A DNA stretch of 61,248 bases, counting the filler. It is 5 parts of 5 records of this genome, joined end to end, with 100 filler letters (N's around TTAATTAATTAA, not from the genome) between each part and the next. Parts side by side here need not be neighbours in the genome. Positions count along the whole stretch, not along the records: positions 47,185 to 53,541 come from SRR31156797_14630; positions 53,642 to 61,248 come from SRR31156797_14638; 3 more parts are not named here. One strand, written 5' to 3'. Made by a program: the position numbers and the translations under genes. The notes beneath the pieces are model-generated. The model made no database searches, was not told the DNA's origin, and saw only the letters and a program-made list of their open reading frames with translations. Each line of letters opens with the position of its first letter. Position 1 is the stretch's first letter. Positions 47,766 through 58,664 of the stretch are shown piece by piece.

Positions 47766-48332
47766 ATGAAGATGAAAAAGTTATTGATGACGGTACTTTC
47801 TGTCTTGTTGATCATTGCTCTTGTAGGTTGTGCTAGCAAGGAGATGATGAGTGATCCGATTGACGAACTGTATGATTATGCAAACAAGTTAAAGAAAAGC
47901 GGTGCATTTGCGGTCGTGGGTTATGGTGAAAGCTCACGCAAGGATCTTGCTATGGAAAAATCAATTGCTAATGCTCAGCGTATGATTGGTGAATCAATCA
48001 ACACTGAGGTGGAAGCTTTGAAGAAAAAATTCATTGAAGAAGTTGGTACTGACGATACGGAAGTAAATGAGTTTTTCTCAATTGCAACCGAAGTGTTGAC
48101 AAAAGCTGAATACAGTGGAGCGACTGTAGAAAAAAGATTTAATTATGAGAGAAAAGACGGGAAAGTTGAATATTATACCGTTATGGCCTTAAATCCCGAT
48201 ATCATTGTTCAAAGTGTTGATGATCAATTGAAGAATAGAAAAATGTATGAACGCTTTAGAGCAAGTGAAGCATTTAAAGAGCTTGAAGATAAGATCGAGA
48301 AATACGAAGAATCTCAAATGATCTCGGAATAA
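47766..48332 (+). CDS. Lipoprotein, LPP20-like
   Basis: Lipobox LVGC; AVVGYGES..DLAMEKS..NAQRMI pattern; AAGGAG RBS. Confidence 0.7.
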   Translation: MKMKKLLMTVLSVLLIIALVGCASKEMMSDPIDELYDYANKLKKSGAFAVVGYGESSRKDLAMEKSIANAQRMIGESINTEVEALKKKFIEEVGTDDTEVNEFFSIATEVLTKAEYSGATVEKRFNYERKDGKVEYYTVMALNPDIIVQSVDDQLKNRKMYERFRASEAFKELEDKIEKYEESQMISE

Positions 48333-48336
48333 ATAT

Positions 48337-48367
48337 AAGGGCACGAAAGTGCCCTTTGTTTTTTTTC
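48337..48367 (+). terminator. Intra-operon terminator or stabilising hairpin
   Basis: AAGGGCAC-GAAA-GTGCCCTT followed by a T run. Confidence 0.8.
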
Positions 48368-48375
48368 TTGTTCTC

Positions 48376-49125
48376 ATGAAAAAGCAACACCTTTATTTAT
48401 TACTAGGTATATTATTCTTTAGTACGGGATTATTTTGTCGAGAATATCCCGAGTGGTTTTTATATCCTAAAGAATTTCCTGATGTCATTGTAGGTTATAA
48501 TTACAGAGGAACTGATCCATGTCATGACGCAGCTATGAATTATTGTATTTATAAAAAATGTTTTGTTATTGGAGAACAACATTATTATTCAGAATCAGAA
48601 AAGAAATTCTCGGATTATTATTATTACTGTGATAAAGAACTTTATGATATAGTAGTTGATAGTATAAAATATATTGAAACATTTATGCTAAATACATTGA
48701 CCAAAGATTACATTTCAGCTTTTAGTTTGAGTAGGGATGTGATTAAGGGCAAACTTGTTGATTCGAAACTATTAAATATACCTGAATGGACGAATAAGAA
48801 TTTTTATAGAATAAATGATTACTTTTACGGGGTCGGAATTTATACTTCAAGAGGAAATGATCCGGATGCCTGGAAAACTGCTGAAGAAGAGAGCTTTTTT
48901 TCAATTATGACAGGCTATCATATAGATATGGAATCTAGTAAAGAGATATTTCAGGATGATGAAATGGATTATTATTTTTATGAGCAAGTCATCAAATTTA
49001 AGTATGAATTGAATAACCTTAAAATTATTGAACGATTTGATAAATGTGATGAACAATTATTCTATGTCCTTTCACGAATACATGTGAATGATATTAAAAG
49101 AATTGGTGAATATTATGAAAAATAG
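48376..49125 (+). CDS. Exported protein with two PEW-initiated LPP20-like modules
   Basis: Signal peptide; YPEWF and IPEWT...FYGVGIY...AWKTAEEE. Confidence 0.6.
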   Translation: MKKQHLYLLLGILFFSTGLFCREYPEWFLYPKEFPDVIVGYNYRGTDPCHDAAMNYCIYKKCFVIGEQHYYSESEKKFSDYYYYCDKELYDIVVDSIKYIETFMLNTLTKDYISAFSLSRDVIKGKLVDSKLLNIPEWTNKNFYRINDYFYGVGIYTSRGNDPDAWKTAEEESFFSIMTGYHIDMESSKEIFQDDEMDYYFYEQVIKFKYELNNLKIIERFDKCDEQLFYVLSRIHVNDIKRIGEYYEK

Positions 49126-49885
49126 AATTATAAATATTATAATCATATGCCTTTTATTTACTTCATTTGTCTATGCAAAAGATAAATCATTTAAACAAAG
49201 AATGAATTCATCTTTTGACGAATTGAAACACAATGCTATACCCTTATATGTAAAGAATGCCATGGAGGGCAAACCTATTGCTGATGCTAAAATTGTGTTT
49301 AAGAGTATTAACAAAATATATCATTCTAACAAGGAGGGGAAGGTATTTATTAAACTTGACAATGGTCTTTATGATATTGTGATTTCTAAAGATAAGTATA
49401 TTACTTTTTCAACTCAACTGGAGATTCAGGCAGGAACAGTATTTGGAAATGATAATATTTTTACTTTATCAAAAGAGATGCCACTGGATTACATAAGAAT
49501 AGTATTGGAGTGGGGTAGTAAACCTTATGATCTTGATCTTCATCTAATAACCGATGATGGCAAACACATATCTTATCGCAATAAGAGAGTTAGTGGAGAT
49601 AAAAAAATTAAGCTCGATCGTGATGATAGATTGTCTTATGGGCCTGAAACCATTACTATCAAAGGATTAGATAATAACGTCAATTATAAAGTTTATGTAC
49701 ACAATTATTCGAAAAGGAATGATAAAATATCTAATACATTTAAAGATTCTCAGGCCAAGATCAGTGTATATATTAGAAACAAACTTTATAGTATATTTAA
49801 TGTGACAGAGGGTGAAGGTGTATTCTGGGAAGTATTTTCAATAAATAATGATGGAATAGTTGAAATTAATAAAATTAAAAATTGA
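49115..49885 (+). CDS. Exported protein with carboxypeptidase-regulatory-like and YfaP/DUF2135-like domains
   Basis: GKPIADAKI...GKV; RIVLEWGSKPYDLDLHL, LDRDD...GPETITI, YVHNYS. Confidence 0.7.
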   Translation: MKNRIINIIIICLLFTSFVYAKDKSFKQRMNSSFDELKHNAIPLYVKNAMEGKPIADAKIVFKSINKIYHSNKEGKVFIKLDNGLYDIVISKDKYITFSTQLEIQAGTVFGNDNIFTLSKEMPLDYIRIVLEWGSKPYDLDLHLITDDGKHISYRNKRVSGDKKIKLDRDDRLSYGPETITIKGLDNNVNYKVYVHNYSKRNDKISNTFKDSQAKISVYIRNKLYSIFNVTEGEGVFWEVFSINNDGIVEINKIKN

Positions 49886-49904
49886 TTTAATAAAGGATTT
49901 GGGT

Positions 49905-51743
49905 ATGAAAGGGAAAAGAATATTGTTATGTGTTTGGGTGTTAGTTTTTTGTACAAGTTTATCTGCGACCTCGATAAATGAAATAAAGAAATTCGGAAAA
50001 GATTATTTATGGGGGGAAGGATATAATCGTAATCCAAGTAGAGCGGATAAATCAGCATTACAGCATTTGATCTCACAAATATCAATTCAGGTTGAGAGTA
50101 AGTTTATTAACGTTGTTGAAGAAAACGATGATGATGTTACTGAATATACCGAAAGAGTATTAGAAACTTATTCAAACGTCATGCTTAATGATGCATATTA
50201 TTTACAGGAAGAAAAAGATGGTGTATTTCATGTGCTTAGATACATGAAAAAAGACGATATTGAAGCAGTATTTGCTAAACGAGTAGTTAAAATTTACGAT
50301 TATATTGATTGTGGATTTACCGCTGAAAATGACCTTCGTATAGGTGATGCGCTTAAATACTATTATTGGGCCTTATGTCTATTAAAAAGTCACCCGGATA
50401 TGGATGAAATTTATTATGATAGGGAATATATGAGTGGTCTGTTGATTGCAAGGCTTCCGGAAAAGATTAATATGATCATGAATACTATAGAGTTCAGGAT
50501 CAAATCAAGTGATTATAATAAAAAAGATCAGTACAGAAAATCATTATTGGAAGTGACATACAAAGGACAACAAATTTCAAATCTTGATTATCAATATTAC
50601 ACAGGCAATAATTGGACAAGTTATCTGACAACAGTAAATAATGGCCTTGGTATTGTTGAATATTTTGGCGCTCCGGCGAAAGATCTTACAGATGTGAAAT
50701 TGAGAATAGAATATATATATGACGGTAAGAGCAAGATGGATATTGCATTAAATAAAGTCATAGAAAATACGAATATTCCATATATTGCTTCATCACAAAA
50801 GAAAATTGATCAAATGATCATTCCAAAAACTCCTAAGAAAGCTAAAGTTAATACTGTTACATCAGGAATTTTGACTGAGTTGGATGAAGAAAAAGGTCAA
50901 GATGAAAAATGTTTTAATACGGTAATGAAATTCAAAAATGCTTATGAGGAAAAAAACTCAAGTAAGATCCTTGAATGTTTGACTCCTGAAGGGTTAAAAA
51001 CTTTTAGTAAATTAATGGATTATGGTCAAGCTGAAATGATTCATGAAGGAAAGATCAATCTGAATTGTTTTAAACTCAACGATCATTATTTAATCAGATC
51101 CATTCCATTTAAATTCAACTTTCCATTTAATAACAGGGAATTTATTGAAGAAGTAGTTTTTATTCTAAATGAAGATGCAAAAATAACGGCTATTAATTTT
51201 GCATTAAGTGATATTTCGATCAATGATATTATGAAGCATAGTGAGACCTGGGGATCTGTAGAGAAAAAACAGCAGATCATTCATTTTATGGAATCTTATA
51301 AGACGGCATATTGCCTCGAAAATATAGAGTATATTGAAAATATATTTTCCGATGAAGCCCTTATTATTGTTGGACAGAGTTTAAAAAAAGGGAAAAGTAT
51401 TGATAGCATGTATACAACAAAACTGAAAAATGAAGATGTCAAATTTATTCAAATGAATAAACAAGAGTATTTGGAAAGATTAGAAAGGATATTCAAAAAC
51501 TCTGAAGCGATCAATATTCATTTTGAAGAAACTGAGGTAAAACGAATGCAACGTCACGATGATTTCACCTATGGAATACAGATAGCACAATATTATTACA
51601 GTGCCAGCTATGCTGATTATGGTTATCTCTTTTTAATGTTTGATATCAATAATCCCAAAGAACCAAAGATCTATGTTCGTTCCTGGCAACCTGAAAAAAA
51701 TTCTGATGGCAGGATAATTGGGATTGAAGATTTTATATTTTAG
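49905..51743 (+). CDS. Large exported protein with LPP20-like N-terminus and NTF2-like C-terminus
   Basis: Signal peptide; YLWGEG...ADKSAL..LISQI; IFSDEALIIVG, YADYGYLFLMFD, IYVRSWQP. Confidence 0.65.
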   Translation: MKGKRILLCVWVLVFCTSLSATSINEIKKFGKDYLWGEGYNRNPSRADKSALQHLISQISIQVESKFINVVEENDDDVTEYTERVLETYSNVMLNDAYYLQEEKDGVFHVLRYMKKDDIEAVFAKRVVKIYDYIDCGFTAENDLRIGDALKYYYWALCLLKSHPDMDEIYYDREYMSGLLIARLPEKINMIMNTIEFRIKSSDYNKKDQYRKSLLEVTYKGQQISNLDYQYYTGNNWTSYLTTVNNGLGIVEYFGAPAKDLTDVKLRIEYIYDGKSKMDIALNKVIENTNIPYIASSQKKIDQMIIPKTPKKAKVNTVTSGILTELDEEKGQDEKCFNTVMKFKNAYEEKNSSKILECLTPEGLKTFSKLMDYGQAEMIHEGKINLNCFKLNDHYLIRSIPFKFNFPFNNREFIEEVVFILNEDAKITAINFALSDISINDIMKHSETWGSVEKKQQIIHFMESYKTAYCLENIEYIENIFSDEALIIVGQSLKKGKSIDSMYTTKLKNEDVKFIQMNKQEYLERLERIFKNSEAINIHFEETEVKRMQRHDDFTYGIQIAQYYYSASYADYGYLFLMFDINNPKEPKIYVRSWQPEKNSDGRIIGIEDFIF

Positions 51744-51752
51744 AGAAATTAT

Positions 51753-53399
51753 ATGAAAAAGATAATTGTGCTTGTCATTATTTGCGGTTTAATTTTTGCA
51801 CAGAGCGGATATGTGAAAACTCCAGAACAATTATACAATAGCATTGATAATAAAAAACCTACCGGAGATGAACTATTTGGTAATAATGATTTACCTGAAA
51901 TTGTAGATTTGAGCGATCATTTCCCAAAACCGGGATATCAGGGTACTATAGGTTCTTGCGCAGCCTGGGCAGTTGGTTATGCTTGCAAAAGCTATCAGGA
52001 AGGATTGGAACATGGCCAAGATCCAAACAAAGAGGAAAATCATTTTTCTCCTTCCTTTATATACAATATGGTGAATAAAGGTGAAAACAGGGGTTCAACT
52101 TTTCCTGAAGTTTTTAATTTAGTCAAAGAAGTCGGTTGTGCTACCATGAACACCATGCCATATACTACTGATTATTTACTTAAACCCAATTCAGAAGCTT
52201 TTGAGGAAGCGGCAAACTTTAAAATACTGAATTACAAACGCTTACAGAACGGTCCAGGATTGATACCGGCTATTAAATCAGCACTTGCAAAAGGTCAACC
52301 AGTTATTGTTGCTCAAAAAGTTTATGAGAATTTTAGATATTTAGAAAAAGAAATTTATGATAAAATTGAAGGTGAGAGAAGAGGTGGTCATGGAATGTGT
52401 ATTATTGGCTATAATAACAAGAATGGTACATTTAAACTTATTAACTCTTGGGGCAAAAAATGGGGTGAGAACGGTTATTGCCGCATTGCATATGAATTAG
52501 CAGATAAACTTTTTATGGAAGCTTATGTTTGTGAAGATGCAGTCGAACAAAAAGAAGTTGAAATCTTGATTGCTGAACCTAAAGGATTGGTAGCTAGCGA
52601 AGGTGCTTTTGAGAAATATATTGAACTGTCATGGAATCAAGTTGTAGGTGCCGAAAAATATGATATTTATCGTTCAAACAATAAAAAAGAACAGTTTGAT
52701 AAAGTAAAGACCATACTTGAAGCAAAATATAAAGATACCGATGTACTGGATAAAGTAAAGTACATCTATTCCATTAAAGCAATTGGCAAAGATCGAATAA
52801 GTGACTTTTCAGAAATTGCTTGCGGATGGTCCACAAAAGAGGAACTGGGAATTCCAGGCAATCTTAATGTTGAGAAATATCAAAATGGAATTCTTTTAAC
52901 TTGGTCAAGAGTAAATAGAACTGAAAAGTATAATATTTATCGAATGAAAGACAATGAAATGAATTATATACTCATTGCTCAAAGCAGTGATGAGAGTTTT
53001 TCAGATACCGAAATACTTAAGAATATTAATAGTGATTTAAGTGTTTATTATTTGGTAACAGCACAAAGAGGTAAAGAGGAAAGTCCATACAGTAATATGG
53101 TAACAATCAAGCTTTTTACTCCCAAGAACAAGGAATTGATACCAGATAAAAAGAATAATATTGCCAGGAAAATACTTCCCACAGATACTCATGATAAGAT
53201 TATCCCAAAAGATCAGCAAAAGGAATTAGAAAAATCAAGGGAACAAGTTGATTTCTACGATACCGATTATATGGAGAAATTCTTTGAAGCTGCCCGAAAA
53301 GCGGAGCAAGAAGCTTTCAGAAAAATGAAAGAAGAAGAAAAAAAATATTACAACGATTTTAAGAAATATGAAGAAGAAATGTATAAAAAATTCAAGTAA
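51753..53399 (+). CDS. Exported C1 (papain-family) cysteine protease with two FN3-like domains
   Basis: QGTIGSCAAW (Cys), GGHGMCIIGY (His), NSWGKKWGENGY (Asn); LSWNQV..YDIYRS and LTWSRV..YNIYR. Confidence 0.9.
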   Translation: MKKIIVLVIICGLIFAQSGYVKTPEQLYNSIDNKKPTGDELFGNNDLPEIVDLSDHFPKPGYQGTIGSCAAWAVGYACKSYQEGLEHGQDPNKEENHFSPSFIYNMVNKGENRGSTFPEVFNLVKEVGCATMNTMPYTTDYLLKPNSEAFEEAANFKILNYKRLQNGPGLIPAIKSALAKGQPVIVAQKVYENFRYLEKEIYDKIEGERRGGHGMCIIGYNNKNGTFKLINSWGKKWGENGYCRIAYELADKLFMEAYVCEDAVEQKEVEILIAEPKGLVASEGAFEKYIELSWNQVVGAEKYDIYRSNNKKEQFDKVKTILEAKYKDTDVLDKVKYIYSIKAIGKDRISDFSEIACGWSTKEELGIPGNLNVEKYQNGILLTWSRVNRTEKYNIYRMKDNEMNYILIAQSSDESFSDTEILKNINSDLSVYYLVTAQRGKEESPYSNMVTIKLFTPKNKELIPDKKNNIARKILPTDTHDKIIPKDQQKELEKSREQVDFYDTDYMEKFFEAARKAEQEAFRKMKEEEKKYYNDFKKYEEEMYKKFK

Positions 53400-53481
53400 G
53401 AAAATCAAATATGATTTTAAACTTGATAATGTATTTTAGGGAATAAATTATTATTGATTATATAACAAGGAAATTGAATAC

Positions 53482-53541
53482 ATGAAGAAAACGTTAATTT
53501 TACTTTTACTCATCTCATCACTTTTTGCTGATGAATTCATA
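53482..53541 (+). CDS. Start of another exported protein (truncated)
   Basis: AAGGA RBS; MKKTLILLLLISSLFADEFI. Confidence 0.6.
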
Positions 53542-53641
53542 NNNNNNNNNNNNNNNNNNNNNNNNNNNNNNNNNNNNNNNNNNNNTTAATTAATTAANNN
53601 NNNNNNNNNNNNNNNNNNNNNNNNNNNNNNNNNNNNNNNNN
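53542..53641. other. Artificial contig spacer
   Basis: N44-TTAATTAATTAA-N44. Confidence 0.99.
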
Positions 53642-53913
53642 CTGTTATAGACCAGCTATTTTCAACAAAAACACTTGAATCTTCTGCAATATTTTCCATG
53701 TACACCATATTATATTATTATTTATAAAGTTATGGCGCTGTTGTGTAGAATAATTATTTTTTAAAAATCCTGATGAAAAGATAATCTTTCCATCAAAACA
53801 GTATTCCTTGTTATTTTACCCCATAAAGACAAGTTTCTCCTGCAGAACCTGACGATATCCCCCTAGGAAACGCCAGAAAACATAACAAAATATTGTCGTA
53901 ATATCAAAAGAAC

Positions 53914-54478
53914 ATGTTAAAAAATGAGCCTTCCTGGTCAATGGTATGGGCATCCTGGGACCTTACGAGATAGATCTACTAAGAAATAGTATCCCTCAGA
54001 TGTACCTTAAAACTATCTTTGATGTGTGTTTCTGGCCAAGGATGAGATACGTAGAAGTCCAGAGATTGCATGATCATCTTGAATGGTGGTGGAAGATCCG
54101 TAGGACAATACATCTTCCAGAGGAAGCCCAGAAGAAAGCAAAACGAAAACAGCTTGAAAGATATGCTCATCCCATTCCTGGACAGCTGGAGAATGTCCTG
54201 AATTATTTCTTCAAGAATAAAAAGCCACCTTCAAGATCTGCCTTGAACGAGAATCTTTTGAGGTGGGGTGAAAAATCCAGCCTAGACTCATTAGAGTTAA
54301 GCAATAAAACAACCAGGAAAAGATGGAGTCCTGCATGGTTACTGCAGATATCCCATTAAATATAATTTGCCTTCGTCAGGGACATGATAGTTTAACGTCT
54401 ATGTTGCATTATCAGAGCTGGCCCTTCACAGATGGTGAGAAGGAGGAGATTCAGAGAATGTTGGCAGGATGGATATAA
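53914..54478 (+). pseudogene. Frameshifted small tyrosine recombinase/integrase
   Basis: MRYVEV (catalytic R region) and KTTRK in one frame; LRQGHDSLTSMLHY in another frame after about 54320; a second probable shift near 53930. Confidence 0.72.
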
Positions 54479-54547
54479 ACTTAGCATTTGTTTGCATTTA
54501 ATTGCAATAGAATTTTTCCGCTCGCTTTTCTCCATGCAATATATTTC

Positions 54548-57500
54548 CTAGTTTTGATAATCCTTTTCTACCTCTGATTCCAATTTTTGTTCCTTTAGCT
54601 TAACACCAAATTTTACGGCCAATCGCCTAAGAATATCTTTTCGATCCATCTGTTCCTCAGCAAAGTAAAGTTTATTAAGGTCATCAGAAATCACACTTGC
54701 CACATATGTGTCAGGAGTGAAGTCGTTGTTTGTATCTTTAATTAGTATTGAATCCAACAACATCAAGGTATCAAAATCACCATCATCTTTTACTGCGTCT
54801 TCAACTAATGCCTGTATCTTATCCCTTCCATCATTGAACAATTTTTGATAATCAAAAAAATTAATATTTTGATCATAGAACTCATCAGATCCATTAAAAT
54901 TTTTGTCTAATTGTAACCTAGTAATCCTCTTTTTGTATTGAGTTTGAAAATTTTCTTCCATCAGGTTTACAAGACTTGTCCAGTTATCTTTCTGCCATTC
55001 ACTTGCAATTTCCCCGCTGTCATACCATTTTTTTGCAAATTCAAATATTGAATCTGAATATGTATTTTTAAGTCCAAAAGCTGATTTCTTATTTTGAACC
55101 TCTAAAGCAAGGTTTACAAGGTATGTATCCTGATCAAAATAATTACTCCATTCATCCTCTTCTAAGCCAATAATAGCTGAGGATATTTTGTCGATTATTT
55201 CTTCGTCATCAGTGTTTTTTACTATTAAGAAGAACTCAATTGAGAAATTAGATATATCAGGATTTTGAGTCTGCATGATTTCATTTTTGAGATCAGAATG
55301 TTCAAGTAACTGATTTACTACCTTACCCAACATAAGATCATTTACATCATCTACTAACTCTACTACATACCCAAGCTTGTTGAGTGTGTCAGAACAATTA
55401 AAAAATGCAGAATTTTGATCTTCAATAGCAAGATTAATAATAGCTACAACGAGTTGATGATTCTTATTCTCTGCAAGGTCCCATAATAAATTAACAAAAT
55501 CAAACTCCTTGAGAGACGAATACATCTCTTTTGCATTTTCATCACTCTTCTTTAGCCAAACATCACGCATCTCTTGAAGACCATTATTCGAGTTTGCAAC
55601 AGGAGTTAACGAGATATCATGCAGTCCATTTTTAAAATAATATGCCATTAGTAAAGCAGAATAGATTTTCGCTTTGTTATTTATTTGATGGTGTATAAAG
55701 TTATGGAATTGTCCACTCTCAAGGATTTGTTTTATATCTGGTTTGCAAAACTCATGTGAAGTTAACCAAAGTAGAATATCAAGTACTTCTATAGAAGGTT
55801 GATTTTCGTTAATAAGTGTACCATTGTTTTGGAAAATATGGTCTCTACACGCAGATGGAAGGTCTTCCCAGTCAACAATTCCTGCATTGGTGGAATAAAT
55901 TAAAAGTTCCTTTGTACCAGGTACTATAGGAGAAGATGCCCCTATATTTAGAGCTATTTCAGTTACTATATTTTGAGGAGGTAAAATCCACCTATATGCA
56001 GGTATTTTATGGGAATCAACTTCTTGCGCCCATTTAACCCAGTTTTCAGAGATAACGTTTTGGAACGTACGTGAGCTAAGTTTATCGTCCGGATTGTTTA
56101 TACTATTATCAAAATATTCAGCAATAGTTTCCAGAGCTAACACATCTTCCTCATAACTAATTGCATCCTTTTCTCCCATAAATATCTCTATATTTGTCAA
56201 AATATGATTCCAAATATGCTTCAGTAATGAGACATCATTGATCATTTTTATAATAGGTATATAACTCTCAGTTCTTCTTCCTGTTGCAACTAAAGGCGAA
56301 CCTGATCTAAAAAATTCCTCTATTTTCACTAAAAACTTACTACATTTTTCCGGGTTCGTTTCCCATAAACCTTCATATATTGCTTTAGAATAACTAAACA
56401 AAGCATCAGTTACATCGAGATTGTTTATGTGATACTCAAATACCGACCAAAATCCACCTTCATGTTTTTTTGCTAAATTCATCAATTCATTTCCACTTGA
56501 ATTTTGCAAAATATTCTTGATTTCTGGCTCAAGAAGCAACTGCTGTCCTGTTTCAGGTTCAACTCCATAGATTATCCCTGCAAGATGTTTGCTGCATTCT
56601 GATGGTAAAAATATTTTGTCTTTCAAAATAGGCAAACTGCCATCCAATAGCCTTGTTTTTATTGAGTGAGTAGAAGCCCCTCTCAAATATTTATGGATTG
56701 AATAATAAGCAATGCTATCAATTGGAATTTGTTTGCTATGATGCATACGCAATATACCAGTCTGATTTATGTAATTTTTTATTTCACGAGGAGTTGGTGC
56801 ATCACCAATATCTTTACGTGTTAATTTTAGAATTCTCAAAACACAATCCTTATCTTTAACATCCCATCCATCAAGCGCTTTATCCAACATTTCTTTAGTG
56901 AACTGTTCCCACCCCGTAAGAACTGGTTCTGGGACATCAATACGTATTTGAAAACATTTGTCAAAAAATGATTTTGCACATGAATTCAAGCCATTTCCAT
57001 AAAAATTAGTACTGCCATTAATGTCATTCGTATTACTATTGTCGTCATTAGTATTATTATTATCATTCGTAATACTATTGCAATCATTATTAGTAGTACC
57101 TATATGGTTAGATTTTTCGTCAAATATTCCTTCTTTATTCCACAACTTAGAAAGACCATTCATATCATAAGGAACAATTATCCAAATATTTTTATACCAT
57201 TGATTATCTGAATTTGATGGGTTCCTTTGCTGCAAGAATGTTTGAAGAGTAGACCATATTTTGAGAGAATCATTTGCATCAATTCTGTCAAGATTGTCAA
57301 TAACAATAATTAATTTGTCAGAAGTATTGACTTCAAAAACTTCAATCATTATTTGTCTAAAGAATTTCTCGAATTCAATTGAAGAACGTTCTTCTTCATC
57401 CGAGATTTCTTGAGTAACGGTACGATTATTATTACTTTCCAAAAATACCCAATTATTCCCATCAAATATTTTTTTTAAACCAACTTTCTTAAATTGAAGC

Positions 57501-58075
57501 AAATACCCAATATTGAAAATAATAACCCATACTGGCATAAGCGAAAAAAAAACTCCACATAAAAACATCCATTGTGGATTTCCACCTAACTTAAAAGATA
57601 ATTGTAAAATGTCTACCCCTGAGACAAGACTTGCACCTAAAGGCACAAGTAGAAACGAAGCCGCCAATAATTTGCCAAGGTTTGTTCCATGTTGTTCAGT
57701 ACGAGTAGTAGTCGTACGCATATGATTTGAAATTTTATCACTGAGTTCTTTAAAATTATCAGAACCCGTATCAAGTTGAGATAGTAAAGATTCCAGAAAT
57801 ATTTGACGGAGGTGGTCGCCTTCATGTGCCCATGCATCAAAATAAAAATAACAGAATTGATTTTGTTCGATTTTCTTTTTTAGGAGTGATATAACCGTTG
57901 ATTTCCCTGAGCCCCACGAGCCTTCTAATCCAATGGTGAAACCGTTTTCATTTGAACAAATCAATTTGTACAACGTTTCAGCCACTTTTTCATGAGTCTG
58001 TTCCTCAAAATAATCAGTATCTGCAATTTCATCTGTAAGAAGAGTAAATTCATACTTTTTTTCGTCTTCGTTCAT
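54548..58075 (-). CDS. KAP-family P-loop NTPase with long C-terminal extension
   Basis: IGLEGSWGSGKST, FDAWAHEGD, two TM helices inside the NTPase domain, IDNLDR, FFDKCF, PTPREIK. Confidence 0.88.
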   Translation of the reverse strand: MNEDEKKYEFTLLTDEIADTDYFEEQTHEKVAETLYKLICSNENGFTIGLEGSWGSGKSTVISLLKKKIEQNQFCYFYFDAWAHEGDHLRQIFLESLLSQLDTGSDNFKELSDKISNHMRTTTTRTEQHGTNLGKLLAASFLLVPLGASLVSGVDILQLSFKLGGNPQWMFLCGVFFSLMPVWVIIFNIGYLLQFKKVGLKKIFDGNNWVFLESNNNRTVTQEISDEEERSSIEFEKFFRQIMIEVFEVNTSDKLIIVIDNLDRIDANDSLKIWSTLQTFLQQRNPSNSDNQWYKNIWIIVPYDMNGLSKLWNKEGIFDEKSNHIGTTNNDCNSITNDNNNTNDDNSNTNDINGSTNFYGNGLNSCAKSFFDKCFQIRIDVPEPVLTGWEQFTKEMLDKALDGWDVKDKDCVLRILKLTRKDIGDAPTPREIKNYINQTGILRMHHSKQIPIDSIAYYSIHKYLRGASTHSIKTRLLDGSLPILKDKIFLPSECSKHLAGIIYGVEPETGQQLLLEPEIKNILQNSSGNELMNLAKKHEGGFWSVFEYHINNLDVTDALFSYSKAIYEGLWETNPEKCSKFLVKIEEFFRSGSPLVATGRRTESYIPIIKMINDVSLLKHIWNHILTNIEIFMGEKDAISYEEDVLALETIAEYFDNSINNPDDKLSSRTFQNVISENWVKWAQEVDSHKIPAYRWILPPQNIVTEIALNIGASSPIVPGTKELLIYSTNAGIVDWEDLPSACRDHIFQNNGTLINENQPSIEVLDILLWLTSHEFCKPDIKQILESGQFHNFIHHQINNKAKIYSALLMAYYFKNGLHDISLTPVANSNNGLQEMRDVWLKKSDENAKEMYSSLKEFDFVNLLWDLAENKNHQLVVAIINLAIEDQNSAFFNCSDTLNKLGYVVELVDDVNDLMLGKVVNQLLEHSDLKNEIMQTQNPDISNFSIEFFLIVKNTDDEEIIDKISSAIIGLEEDEWSNYFDQDTYLVNLALEVQNKKSAFGLKNTYSDSIFEFAKKWYDSGEIASEWQKDNWTSLVNLMEENFQTQYKKRITRLQLDKNFNGSDEFYDQNINFFDYQKLFNDGRDKIQALVEDAVKDDGDFDTLMLLDSILIKDTNNDFTPDTYVASVISDDLNKLYFAEEQMDRKDILRRLAVKFGVKLKEQKLESEVEKDYQN
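56990..57091 (-). repeat. In-frame degenerate 21/18-nt tandem repeat encoding an Asn-rich insert
   Basis: NNDCNSI-TNDNNN-TNDDNSN-TNDINGS-TNFYGNG. Confidence 0.7.
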
Positions 58076-58664
58076 GATAAAGCCCCTAAAAAAGCTACAA
58101 TATTTTGATTTTGATCTCAATATGGGCATCCACAATTCATCCCTCAGCATTAACTCATTTTAGAAGGGAAATCATTTTTAAGTATTGCCTATGCATGTTT
58201 TCATTCTTAAACTCTATATTTCCCCGAATACAACCTAGTACTAACTCTAAGCCCATTAATTATTTCTCCAAAATTAGTAAAGGGATTGTAACTTAATAAG
58301 TTTTGTTAATAAACCACATGATTACACAAAGATGTGTAGACAAAGTAAGACGCTGAGCTGCAAAAAATTAAAGTTCTGTGGCTGCACATATTTGTGTAGC
58401 TACTCTGTGTAGATATGTGGCGTGGATGTTCCCAAGGGTGCGGGCACAACTCCAGCTCAGCTCTTAACTCATTTTGGATTTCTTCCAAGCCTGTCAGCCC
58501 ATTCCCTGCAGCACTGGACACCCCCTGCAACTCAGCCACTTATCCTTGAGAACTTCAATTCTATTGGAGACAACTGCAGTTTGAAGACTGTAACATTTAG
58601 CATATAATAAATTAGTAGAATGGGTGTTGGAAGTCCCTAATGTGCAATTTGCAGGTCATTTATG

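Noticed and set aside
58306-58607. GC-richer patch with short ORFs between the KAP gene and the hypothetical gene
   Set aside because: May be a gene relic, but no frame gives a recognisable protein or RNA structure.
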